Shown here piece after piece: positions 25,869 to 35,459 of a DNA stretch of 56,758 nt. The notes beneath the pieces were generated by a model, which worked only from the letters and a program-made list of their open reading frames with translations, did no database searches and was not told the origin of the DNA. Position numbers and translations under genes: made by a program. Location: IMG/VR virus record IMGVR_UViG_3300046824_000124, positions 1 to 56,758 of that record, one strand, 5' to 3'. This DNA comes from a virus. Its lineage: Duplodnaviria > Caudoviricetes. Position 1 is the stretch's first letter. Each line of letters opens with the position of its first letter.

Positions 25869-26161
25869 ATGCCCTCACCGATGAGGAGATTGACCGACAG
25901 TGCGACTTTTACGAACTGTTTTGCTCTGGCGACCCCTCACCCGCCAGCCCCGTTGACCACCCCGCCCGCGTCTTCGGGCTGATCCTCAAAGAGATGCGTG
26001 AGAGCGCCAGGAAGAGCGAGACGACGGCACTGCCGGATGTCATCCCGTGGGAGCAATTCCGCGCCCTCCAGGCTGCCATCCCGCCCGCCGAAGTCCATGA
26101 GCCCGACCCCGAACGCGCCGCGACGATTGACCAGATCGTGGCCGCATCCCTCGCTACCTAG
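25799..26161 (+). CDS. Tail assembly chaperone GT extension via programmed -1 frameshift
   Basis: Slippery C CCT TTT at 25799-25805 in the correct phase; the -1 frame (YQDEFKRYGLAAATGR...) is open to TAG at 26159-26161. Confidence 0.8.
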   Translation, partial: PFYQDEFKRYGLAAATGRLIVEVNALTDEEIDRQCDFYELFCSGDPSPASPVDHPARVFGLILKEMRESARKSETTALPDVIPWEQFRALQAAIPPAEVHEPDPERAATIDQIVAASLAT

Positions 26162-26175
26162 CATCGGAGCATTGC

Positions 26176-29100
26176 GTGCCTGACTCGATTTTGCGTAGCA
26201 GAATTGAAATCGTTGGTGTGCGCGAAGCCCTCGCGGATTACCGCGACCTGCGCACCGCCATGCAACAGGTAAGCACCACTGGTGCGACGGCGCGTGTCTC
26301 GCTGGATGACACCACGGCACGCGCACGACTCGCGGAGTTTCGGGCGGAAACACAGCGATTGAACGCCGTCAACACGCGCCTGAAGGTGGACGCAGACACG
26401 CAGCCCGCCGTACTCAAGTTACGTGCGGTGGATACTGAGACGAAGAACCTCGTCGCCCGTCGCAACCTGATGCGGTTGGAGCTCGACAACACGCCCGCCC
26501 TCTTGTCTTTGCGGCAGTATGAAGCGGAGACGAAGCGGATTCAGGCACAGCAGCGTGGGAGCGGCGGTGGTGGCGGAAGCATCCGCGGCGCGATTAGCAG
26601 TGAGGTGGGTGGCGGCATTGCGGGCGGCGCCGTGGCCGGGGGTGCCATCCTCGCGGGCGGGCTAGCGGCGAAGGAGATCAAGGATACCGTCGCCGCGTCC
26701 ATCGACCTCAATAGCAAGCTTCAGCAAGCCAATATCACCTTCACGACTTTCCTCGGCAGCGAGCAGGCGGCACAGGAGCATTTGCAGGAGTTGCAGCGGT
26801 TCGCCGCGACAACGCCGTTCCAGTTCCCCGACCTCGTGGATGCCTCCCGTCGTCTGCAAGCGATGGGCTTTTCCGCCAAAGAGGTCATTCCCGATTTGCG
26901 GGCGATTGGCGGCGCGGTGTCGGCGCTCGGCACAGGCACGGAGGGCATCAATCGCATTACGCTCGCCCTCGGGCAGATGCAGCAGAAGGGCAAGGTCACG
27001 GGCGAGGAGTTGCGGCAGTTGCAGGAGGCGGGCATTGACGCCACCGGCTACATTGCCAAAGCCCTCGAAACGACCACGGCCGATGTGCTGGCGAAATCCG
27101 AGAAGGGGCAGATCAGCGGTCGAACGGGCGTCAACGCTATCATCAGCGGACTGGCGGCTGATCCCCGGTTCGCCGGACTCCTTGAGGCGCAGAGCCGGTC
27201 GTTCGCGGGCGCGATGTCCAATATCCAGGACTCGGCGCAGATGGCACTGGCGCAGGGACTGAAGCCGCTGTTTGAGGCGCTGAACGATGGCGCCACAGCA
27301 TTAGCGAAGTTCACATCCTCTGAGACCTTCACGAAGGGTGCCGAGCAGTTCGCGCAAGTGCTGCACGAGGATATTGAGGCGATCAAGACGCTCTCGGCAG
27401 AGGCGAAGAACATCGCTGATCCGTTCCTGCCGCTGATCGACACCGCGACAAAGTACACGGTCAATCTCCGTACGGTTGCGGAAGCACTGAATGCCGTTGC
27501 GGCGATCACCAACCAGATCCACGGCCAGCCCTATGAGTCGGTCGGGTCAGCGAACGTGGACACCTCCTCCGTCAACGCGCTGATGGGCGGCGGGGCGGGG
27601 GCGCGCTTCCTGCAAAACAATGCCGCGTCGAGCGTCATCTCCGGTCTGACGACACAGGTCCGTGAGGGCGCGATCACCGCGGATCAGGCGCAGAAGCAGT
27701 GGGACGCCCTGGTACAAACCTTCGGCGCGCTCTACGGCAACGTTGATGCCGTGTCTGCCCTCTTCTCCACGAAACTTGCCCAGGCAACGAAGGACGCGAC
27801 TGCGAATGCCGCCAAGCTCCGTGATGAGCAGGAGCAATATCAGGCTAATCTCAAGGAGATGGCGAAGTATCAGGGCTTGGGTGCCAACCCCGAGGACATC
27901 AGCCGTGCCATCTTCGGCGTGACGGGCACGGGTGATGCGGCAACGACGGGGCAGATCAAGCGCGCCCAGGACGCCCTCAATGCCCTCGATCAGCAGCAGA
28001 AGCAACTGGAGACGGACACGCGCTCGGCGTGGCAGTCGATGGCGCAAGCGGTCGCGGGGTTCAGTTCCTCGCAGGGATTGCGCGGTATCGCTAACCTCTC
28101 CACCGACTTGCAGAAGGCGAACGCGGAACTGGCGCGTGTGGGGCAGACCTCCACCGCGACCTCGGGGCTGGCGAAGATCGCGGATCAGTTCCAGGCGATT
28201 GCCGATGCCGAGGATGCCGCGTCATCGTCCCTCAAGGGCTATCAGTTGACGCTCACTGAGACGGACCGCCGCATCCAGCAGTTGCAGGCATTCCGTGGGC
28301 AGATCGTGGAAGCGGTGCAGCAGGCAGACAAGGATCGCGGCGCGGGTGTCGCCACGCCACAGGAACTCGACCTGCTCAATAAGTATCAGCCGATCCTCAC
28401 CAATATCGACACGCAGATCCGCGGCTTGCAGAGCAACAAGATTGGCGATCTGCTCGGCATCGCGGACGCCTATCCCGATCTGAAGGCATTTGACGACACC
28501 TCACGCGATCTCGTGAGTCAGTACGGGGGCGGGAAGAACCTGCAACTGACGCTGCAAGCGGACACCAAAGATGCGTCGGACGCGATCAACGCCATCGTCA
28601 ATCCGCCAAAGCCGTACGAGACCACCGTTCGCGTGAACTACATCAACGTGGATGGCAGCCCCGCGGGCACCGGTCCCGTCCTTGGCCCGCCATCACCCGG
28701 CGGTGCTGGCTATGCGCGGCCGACGACAATCCGCTCTACGGGTGGCGGTCCGTACGGGAATGACACGCTCACGCAAGGTGGTGCGGGTGGCGGAGGGCTT
28801 GGCTATCAGCCGCTCTCGCAGGCGCAGTACGGACAGATCGTGTCGAGCGGCCCGCTGGCGAACCCGCAGGTGTACGCCGGCGTCATGGCGGCTGCGCAGA
28901 AGTACGGGGTCGATCCGCGGTTGCTCCTTGCCTTCGTAAAGAATGAGGGCGTTGCGCCCTCGCTCGCGGCCGTCAACAACTTCGGCGGCATCAAGGGCAC
29001 GGGCGGGCCGGCCGCGCCCGCGAATGAAGGCGGCACGTATGCTGCCTACTCATCGCCGCAGGCATTCTTCGAGGAGTTGGCGCGACTCATCACGCAGGGC

Positions 29101-31455
29101 GATAAGACCTATGCGAGTGGATTCGCCAGTGGCGACCTCGGCGCTATCCGCCAGCACTATGTCGCGGGCAATGCGCCGCCGTCGAGCGCGCAGCAGGCGA
29201 ATATCGCGAACACGGTCTCGAACTATAACCAACTGACGCAGCAGTATCCCGGCGGCGGCACCGATGATGTGCCATCTGGTGTCGTCTCGAATCTGCGGCA
29301 GCAGATCGTCCAGAAGGCGCTCCAGAGCGTCGGACAGGACAAACTCGTCAACCTCTGCGAGCAGTTCGTAGAGGAGACGGTGCAGGCGATCACCGGGCAG
29401 CGTGGTGCCACAGGGAAGAATGAGCTCAGCGCCAATGCCGCCCTCGCCACCGCGAAGCAGAAAGGGCTCGTCACCACTAATCCGCAACCGGGCGATCTTG
29501 TCTACTACGGCGACGCGCAGGCGGGACATGTCGCCATCTACATGGGCAACGGCAAGCAGATCAGCACCTACGATAAGGGCAACGTCAACGACCCCGAGGC
29601 GCGCAAGATTCACATCGAGCCCGTTGGCGCCGGCGCACAATACGTCCGCGTCCCCGGTCTCTCCGATGGTCCCGCGGGCAGCAACGTCGTCGGCAACGCG
29701 GCACTCGCGGCGGCGGGCGGTCTACCGCATCCGGTGGATATCGGCGCGACGACGGCAGCGGCAACCAGTAGCCTCGGCACGACCAATCTCACCTCGCCCA
29801 TCTCAGGTGCGGCAGGCGGACTCCACGAGGCGGGACAGGCGGCACGTGAGGCGGATAGCGCGGTCGGCAAGTTGCTTGCCACGCTGAATAGTCAGGATCT
29901 CTCTGCCTCACTGAGCAAGTTTCAGGAGATGCGCGGCGTCTTTGACCAGATCGCGCAGGCAAAGTTCCCGAACGAACCGATCCGTGCAGCGGACGACGCC
30001 TTACAGCAGGGTATCGGCTTCCTCGGCGCGTGGGCGCAGGCATTGCAGGCAATCCGTGGACAGACGGACGGGCTGGCGGCCGCGCAACAGAAGATCACGG
30101 AGATTGTTGGCGGGCCGATGGCGGCGAACCTCAATAGCCAACTCGATCACATGAACACGCTGTCACAAATCCATTCGCACATTACCGACCTCACGCAGCA
30201 GCGCAAGGAGTTGGAATCCCAGCACAACGCAACACTGGCATCACGGCAGCAGCAGGACAGCGGCATTCAGCGGGCGCAACAGCAGCAGCAGTTCATCCAG
30301 GGCGAGCAGGATCGGGCCCGCCAGCGCCAGCGGCAGGCGCAGCAGAACGATATTCAGGATCAGCAGAACGCCGCGAACGATGCCTGGACGAACGAATCCC
30401 GCATCTGGGATGATCGCATCGCCCGCCTCCAGCATTACGGCACCGACCGCTTCCGCCAACTCTCGAACGAAAAAGACGCCCTCGAAGCACTGAAGAAGAG
30501 CCAGGACGCGCTCAATCGCTCGCAGGAACTCAACCTTGCGGGCAATCTCGGGCTCGCCTTCGCGCATGGCGGTCCGAATGCCGCTCGTGACGCCTCAGCC
30601 CGCCTCTCGATCACGCGCCTGTCTGATGCGAATGCGGCCGATCAGCGGAATACCCGTCTCGATGCCGTCAATGACCTCCTGGCGAAAGAACAGAAGGTCG
30701 CAAGCGATCAACTGTTCGATCTGGAGCAGCAGCGCACGGCGGCCTCGCGGGCGCATGAAGACCGCATGACCGCCATCGAGCGTGAGAGTGAGGCAGAACA
30801 GCGGGCGGCGGCGGCACAGGACGACGCCATCGCGGGACAGCGGGCGGCACAGCAGGAAGCGGACGCCGAACGCGCCAACGCTCTTGAAGATCAGCGTGCG
30901 GCCGAGGATGCGGCCTATCAGCAGTCGCTCGATTCCATCGATGCGCAGATTCAGCAGTACCAGGCACTCGCGGATACGGAGCAACAGGCACTCGACGCGC
31001 TCACACAGGCATTCAATCTGATGACGCAGGGCGGTAGTCAGATCGCGCAGATCCTCGGCAGCGCCGTCTCGTCGGCGGGTGCGGCACAGGGCTTCCTTGA
31101 CGCGCAACCGGTCGGCGGTGGCTCCATCCGCCGTCTCGGTGGCAAGGCGGCAGGCGGCTTCATCCCCGTGGGCGGCAGTGCCCTCACGGGTGACGCGGCG
31201 GGCGGCGTGGCGACGCCGTTCACGGAAGAAGTCAAAGTGACGCCGCAGGGCGCGGTCGTGACGCCGCTCGCCAATCGCCCGAGCGCATCGGGTGGCGGGG
31301 ACATCACCATCAACATCGGTGGCGACACCATCCTATCTGCTCAAGCCCTCGCGGATATTCGCCGCTACATCGAACAGAAGAAGCGCGAGGCCATCACGGA
31401 AGCGCGGCAGGCCGTGCCGCTCACGCTGCGCGGTCAGGGAAGGGTGGGGCACTAA
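26176..31455 (+). CDS. Tape measure protein with lysozyme/glucosaminidase-like and NlpC/P60-like domains
   Basis: 1759 aa; FAATTPFQ...ALGQMQQKGKVTGEELRQL; KYGVDPRLLLAF...NNFGGIK; LCEQFV...PGDLVYY...GHVAIYMGNG. Confidence 0.95.
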   Translation: MPDSILRSRIEIVGVREALADYRDLRTAMQQVSTTGATARVSLDDTTARARLAEFRAETQRLNAVNTRLKVDADTQPAVLKLRAVDTETKNLVARRNLMRLELDNTPALLSLRQYEAETKRIQAQQRGSGGGGGSIRGAISSEVGGGIAGGAVAGGAILAGGLAAKEIKDTVAASIDLNSKLQQANITFTTFLGSEQAAQEHLQELQRFAATTPFQFPDLVDASRRLQAMGFSAKEVIPDLRAIGGAVSALGTGTEGINRITLALGQMQQKGKVTGEELRQLQEAGIDATGYIAKALETTTADVLAKSEKGQISGRTGVNAIISGLAADPRFAGLLEAQSRSFAGAMSNIQDSAQMALAQGLKPLFEALNDGATALAKFTSSETFTKGAEQFAQVLHEDIEAIKTLSAEAKNIADPFLPLIDTATKYTVNLRTVAEALNAVAAITNQIHGQPYESVGSANVDTSSVNALMGGGAGARFLQNNAASSVISGLTTQVREGAITADQAQKQWDALVQTFGALYGNVDAVSALFSTKLAQATKDATANAAKLRDEQEQYQANLKEMAKYQGLGANPEDISRAIFGVTGTGDAATTGQIKRAQDALNALDQQQKQLETDTRSAWQSMAQAVAGFSSSQGLRGIANLSTDLQKANAELARVGQTSTATSGLAKIADQFQAIADAEDAASSSLKGYQLTLTETDRRIQQLQAFRGQIVEAVQQADKDRGAGVATPQELDLLNKYQPILTNIDTQIRGLQSNKIGDLLGIADAYPDLKAFDDTSRDLVSQYGGGKNLQLTLQADTKDASDAINAIVNPPKPYETTVRVNYINVDGSPAGTGPVLGPPSPGGAGYARPTTIRSTGGGPYGNDTLTQGGAGGGGLGYQPLSQAQYGQIVSSGPLANPQVYAGVMAAAQKYGVDPRLLLAFVKNEGVAPSLAAVNNFGGIKGTGGPAAPANEGGTYAAYSSPQAFFEELARLITQGDKTYASGFASGDLGAIRQHYVAGNAPPSSAQQANIANTVSNYNQLTQQYPGGGTDDVPSGVVSNLRQQIVQKALQSVGQDKLVNLCEQFVEETVQAITGQRGATGKNELSANAALATAKQKGLVTTNPQPGDLVYYGDAQAGHVAIYMGNGKQISTYDKGNVNDPEARKIHIEPVGAGAQYVRVPGLSDGPAGSNVVGNAALAAAGGLPHPVDIGATTAAATSSLGTTNLTSPISGAAGGLHEAGQAAREADSAVGKLLATLNSQDLSASLSKFQEMRGVFDQIAQAKFPNEPIRAADDALQQGIGFLGAWAQALQAIRGQTDGLAAAQQKITEIVGGPMAANLNSQLDHMNTLSQIHSHITDLTQQRKELESQHNATLASRQQQDSGIQRAQQQQQFIQGEQDRARQRQRQAQQNDIQDQQNAANDAWTNESRIWDDRIARLQHYGTDRFRQLSNEKDALEALKKSQDALNRSQELNLAGNLGLAFAHGGPNAARDASARLSITRLSDANAADQRNTRLDAVNDLLAKEQKVASDQLFDLEQQRTAASRAHEDRMTAIERESEAEQRAAAAQDDAIAGQRAAQQEADAERANALEDQRAAEDAAYQQSLDSIDAQIQQYQALADTEQQALDALTQAFNLMTQGGSQIAQILGSAVSSAGAAQGFLDAQPVGGGSIRRLGGKAAGGFIPVGGSALTGDAAGGVATPFTEEVKVTPQGAVVTPLANRPSASGGGDITINIGGDTILSAQALADIRRYIEQKKREAITEARQAVPLTLRGQGRVGH

Positions 31456-32439
31456 GTGGGTGTCATCAGCCAGATCGAGCAATACAAAGTCTCCCCGACC
31501 GTCGTCCTCTACTCAGCGCCGCCGATTGGTGTGCAGAATGACCTCTCGTTTGCGCGGCGCAGTGGCACGTACACGGTGCGCGCGGTGGACGGCGGTCGTG
31601 ATCCCTACGGCAACCTGCCCGCGCCGCTGGATATTCGCCATTTCCCGTCCACGTGGATGGTGATTCCGCCCGGTCCGGTGGGGCACGGCAACTATGACCA
31701 GTCGCGGGATGCCCTGCTCGGCGCGGTCGGGCACGGGTTTCCGGTGACGCTCGTCTATCTCACCGATGGCGGCACCGAGCGGATCGCCCGCGCCAAGTTC
31801 ATGGGCATCAGTGACGTGGTGACGCCGCAATCGCCCTTTGCGCATACGTTTACGGTAACGTGGGAAATCGCGGACTGGACGGACCGTGACTCGCGCTCCA
31901 CCAACTCTATCGGCGTCGGGTCGCCGGTGATGGGGAGTGCGCCGACGCTCATCATGGGCGGTATTGTCTATCCACTCACCGATGGCAGCGGGCAGAACTT
32001 CATCGCCATCTACACGGACGGATCGGACGGGAAGCCGAAGACGACGAAGCCGGACCGGAGGTGCATCATCACCGTCAAGGGGCCGTTCGGGAGCGATCTC
32101 GTCGCGAACGGCGTCGGCGGTTATGCGCTCGGCGGCTTTACCGTCTTCAATACCACCGCGCACATCGTGGACTCCGCGGGAAATCTCTCATCGGTCGGCT
32201 TCACCGTCTACCGCAAACTCGGCAGCGGTGACACGGTGGTCGTGGACGCAGGCCGCAAGCGCGCCACCATCAACGGGCAACTGCTCGCCTTCGGGACGGA
32301 CTTCGTGATTCCTGATTGGCAGGTGGAATGGTTCCGCATCGAGCAGGGCGCCGCCAACTCCATCCTCTTTTCCGTCAATGGCCCGTCCTTTTCCACCGGC
32401 GGGCAGGCGTTGGTAGATTTTATTGGCCGGTATCACTAA
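31456..32439 (+). CDS. Distal tail (Dit-like) protein
   Basis: Directly after the tape measure; GDTVVVDAG...ATING...WFRIEQGAAN. Confidence 0.75.
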   Translation: MGVISQIEQYKVSPTVVLYSAPPIGVQNDLSFARRSGTYTVRAVDGGRDPYGNLPAPLDIRHFPSTWMVIPPGPVGHGNYDQSRDALLGAVGHGFPVTLVYLTDGGTERIARAKFMGISDVVTPQSPFAHTFTVTWEIADWTDRDSRSTNSIGVGSPVMGSAPTLIMGGIVYPLTDGSGQNFIAIYTDGSDGKPKTTKPDRRCIITVKGPFGSDLVANGVGGYALGGFTVFNTTAHIVDSAGNLSSVGFTVYRKLGSGDTVVVDAGRKRATINGQLLAFGTDFVIPDWQVEWFRIEQGAANSILFSVNGPSFSTGGQALVDFIGRYH

Positions 32440-32467
32440 TTCATATTGAGAGAAGGGCGGTTGCGCG

Positions 32468-34024
32468 ATGCCAGTCCCCGTCTTTAGTCCGCTCGTTGAC
32501 GGGCCCGTTGGCTCCGGTGGCTCACCGTACGCGGCGGCCACGTGGAATACACGCTACTCGCCACTCTATGACCAGATAACGGCTCACCTCACCAACACCA
32601 CGGTGGGCTCGTGGACGCCGCAGAACCATCAGACGAACGCCATCGTGCCAACGGGCAACCTGTCGATGGTGACGGCACGGCAGTTGCAGCCAGGGACGCA
32701 ACATCTCGCCAACGACATGTTCGCGCGGATGTGGAACGAGATCGTGGACGGCGACCAGACGCCGGCGAACTTCGTCACGAAAACCGTGCCCGTGACGCTC
32801 ACGACGATCAACACCCTCCTCGGCACCCGCGACCTCAATGCCTCCGTCAACTCGATCATGCTGCGCGGTACGCACGCGGAAACGAATCTCGGCGCGCTGT
32901 CCGTCGTCGCCACGCAGACGGGCGTGCCGACGATCCTCGCGAAGCCAATCACCAGCCAGACCTCGCCCGTCATCATGACGCAGAACGCGGCGGGCAGCGT
33001 CAACCTCTTCTATGTGGACGTAACCGGTGCCGTGTTCTCCGCGGTCGGCTTCACGGGCGATTTGACGGGCAACGCGACGGGTGTCAAGGGTGTCACCGCG
33101 CACAACCTGCTCATCGGCGCGGGCGCGGGGGCGATGTCATCGCTGGCACCGGGCACCGCGGGCTACGTCCTCACCTCACAGGGGGCGTCGCTTGACCCGA
33201 CCTGGAGCGCGCCGACCGGCACCGGCGGCGGCTCCACCCCGGCCACGCTCACCACCGGCGGCACGGGCGATGCCGCGCTGATCGATTTGACGACGCCGCT
33301 CGTGCAGAACATCGTCAACGCCATCTCGGTTTCGGGCGGCAGCAGCCTCCTGATCGCCGCCAGTGCCGCGAACAAGGTCGGCATCTCGGTCGGCGGCCGG
33401 TGGCGCACGAACACCGCAAACGTGACGACGAACAGCGCCTCAGGCGCGGCGGGCAACCGCTACCTGATCGCGGATCTCTCGGGCGCGGTCAGTGGCGGCA
33501 ACGGCATCGCGTTCACGCTCAGCACCTCCACGACGCTCTCGAACCAGTATCAGATGCTGATCGCGGCGGTGCGCTGGGATGGGACGACGCTCCAGTACGA
33601 TCCCGCGACAACGGATTTCACGAACATCTTTCCGATGATGAACTCAACGGGGTGGCAACCCGCCGTGCTCGCGCAGGACTTTACTGCCGCCGCCCTCACC
33701 GGGACGGGCTTCCAGAACCTCACCAATGCCGTGACAACGACGCTCTATTTCCCCACCGCGGTGCGAGGCATGATTTGGTGGACCTTCGCGCTGGCACAGG
33801 GCGCAGCGGTGCAGGACGGCTATCTCTATCTCTCCGTGGATGGCGGTATCGTCGGGCAGAACACGCAGTTCAACGGCGTGCCCGCCAATAAAACGCTCAC
33901 CCTCGCGGGACAGGCGCGGGTCTCGCTCGGCGCGGGCGCGCATACCTTCGTCATGCAAGCAAACTGCGCGACAGCGGGTCCAACGGTCGGCGTGGTCAGC
34001 GTCAATGGCCTCTTCTATCGCTAA
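32468..34024 (+). CDS. Tail fiber protein
   Basis: Thr/Gly-rich; FTGDLTGNA, LAPGTAGYVLTSQG fiber motifs; C-terminal LGAGAHTF. Confidence 0.8.
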   Translation: MPVPVFSPLVDGPVGSGGSPYAAATWNTRYSPLYDQITAHLTNTTVGSWTPQNHQTNAIVPTGNLSMVTARQLQPGTQHLANDMFARMWNEIVDGDQTPANFVTKTVPVTLTTINTLLGTRDLNASVNSIMLRGTHAETNLGALSVVATQTGVPTILAKPITSQTSPVIMTQNAAGSVNLFYVDVTGAVFSAVGFTGDLTGNATGVKGVTAHNLLIGAGAGAMSSLAPGTAGYVLTSQGASLDPTWSAPTGTGGGSTPATLTTGGTGDAALIDLTTPLVQNIVNAISVSGGSSLLIAASAANKVGISVGGRWRTNTANVTTNSASGAAGNRYLIADLSGAVSGGNGIAFTLSTSTTLSNQYQMLIAAVRWDGTTLQYDPATTDFTNIFPMMNSTGWQPAVLAQDFTAAALTGTGFQNLTNAVTTTLYFPTAVRGMIWWTFALAQGAAVQDGYLYLSVDGGIVGQNTQFNGVPANKTLTLAGQARVSLGAGAHTFVMQANCATAGPTVGVVSVNGLFYR

Positions 34025-34036
34025 AGGAGGGTAGGA

Positions 34037-35110
34037 GTGGCCTTTACACGCATCGACCAGACGGACGGCTCCGTGACGCTCGGCGGCGGACACTGGGGCA
34101 GCGCCGTCGTGGATACGAACGCGGTCAGCGGCAGTTACGCGAAGACGACGACCAACGGCGACACGGCGACTATCGTCATCCCCTCCGGCCCGTCCACAGT
34201 GATCCTCCAATGCACGCGACTCTCGACGGGCGGCACCCCGACCATCGTCAACTCCACGACGGGCAGCACGCCGGTGACGTGGGATCAGACGAGCGGCACG
34301 AGCAACGCCGCCGCAGCGTGGGTGATCTCCAAGTCGTGCTCGCCGCCCATCGCCCTCAATCCTGCCGTGGCGAATACGATTGTGGTGACGGCGGCCGGCG
34401 GCGGCGCGACCCTGGACGCCTACGAGAAGTACACGCCATCCGCGATCACGGCGGGACGCCTGACGGTGGCGGGGCACTCGATCCCCGCAGGCGCGATCAT
34501 CGCCTCTCCGACGACGAACCGCTTCACGGCACTGGCGGCGGCATGGCTCGGCATGACGGAGGACAACACGGGCGCGGCGACTGGGGCGACAATCGCTGAC
34601 AACAACCAGGCCGCGTCTCCGGTGCCGCTCTGGACGATCATTCATGTCGGTACGAACTGGGATCAGCGCACACCCGAGATCGCTCTGTGCATGATTGGCA
34701 TCAATGACATTTCCACCCTGCTCGCCAGCGATCCGACAGCCGGGTACTATCTCGCGCTCTTCAAGCAGCGCCTGCGGGAGTTGGTCTGGCGGATGAACTA
34801 TAGCGTGCCGGGGGCGCTCGTCGCACTGGTCGGCATGACGCCGAACACGAATATCGGCGGCGCGGTGACGGTGGCGAATATCGTGGCGTGGGATCGCGCT
34901 ATCCAGCAAGTGGCGCTCGAACCGACGATGACGAACTGCATGTACGTCAATGTCTGGGACGCGCTCAACAACAATGGGTATACGCAGACCTCGGTGTTGA
35001 GCGATGGCACGCACCCGACGATTTACGGGCATGAGTTGATGGCGCGGGCGCTCTTCAAGCAACTGTCGGCGCGGCGGTCACTGCCGCCTGCGGTGCGCCT
35101 GGTGGCATAA
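34037..35110 (+). CDS. SGNH/GDSL esterase-domain virion protein
   Basis: GHSIPAG, GIND and DGTHPT catalytic blocks, with an N-terminal beta-sandwich. Confidence 0.8.
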   Translation: MAFTRIDQTDGSVTLGGGHWGSAVVDTNAVSGSYAKTTTNGDTATIVIPSGPSTVILQCTRLSTGGTPTIVNSTTGSTPVTWDQTSGTSNAAAAWVISKSCSPPIALNPAVANTIVVTAAGGGATLDAYEKYTPSAITAGRLTVAGHSIPAGAIIASPTTNRFTALAAAWLGMTEDNTGAATGATIADNNQAASPVPLWTIIHVGTNWDQRTPEIALCMIGINDISTLLASDPTAGYYLALFKQRLRELVWRMNYSVPGALVALVGMTPNTNIGGAVTVANIVAWDRAIQQVALEPTMTNCMYVNVWDALNNNGYTQTSVLSDGTHPTIYGHELMARALFKQLSARRSLPPAVRLVA

Positions 35111-35123
35111 GGGGGAAACAGCG

Positions 35124-35456
35124 ATGGCACAGACAGACACCTATCCCGCGATCTCCTTTGAGGAGGCGCGGCGCCGGCAGAGTGCGGAGGAGTGCGCCAC
35201 GGACGTCCCCGACGCGCGGCGGCGCATCAGCGACAGAGAACTGGCGTACTGGCGCAAGGCAACGGCGCGGTCACAGGCGACACAGACGGCGATGGAGGAG
35301 GCGCAGGCGGCCTATCTGAAGGCGCACGCGGCGCGCGTCAGTTTCGCGACCCATCTCGCGGAATGCTACGGCATCGACCTGAACGCCGAAGGTATTGATG
35401 AGGAGACGGGCATCATCGGCCCGCTCGTGCAACCCGCAGAAACACCCGAGGACTAA
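35124..35456 (+). CDS. Coiled-coil tail chaperone-like protein
   Basis: GGGGG RBS; YGIDL...IDEETGII C-terminus. Confidence 0.65.
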   Translation: MAQTDTYPAISFEEARRRQSAEECATDVPDARRRISDRELAYWRKATARSQATQTAMEEAQAAYLKAHAARVSFATHLAECYGIDLNAEGIDEETGIIGPLVQPAETPED

Positions 35457-35459
35457 CGC

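Noticed and set aside
33644-35062. Long minus-strand ORFs opposite structural genes (also 18487-19842 and 4690-5577)
   Set aside because: Arg-rich antisense shadows expected in high-GC coding DNA
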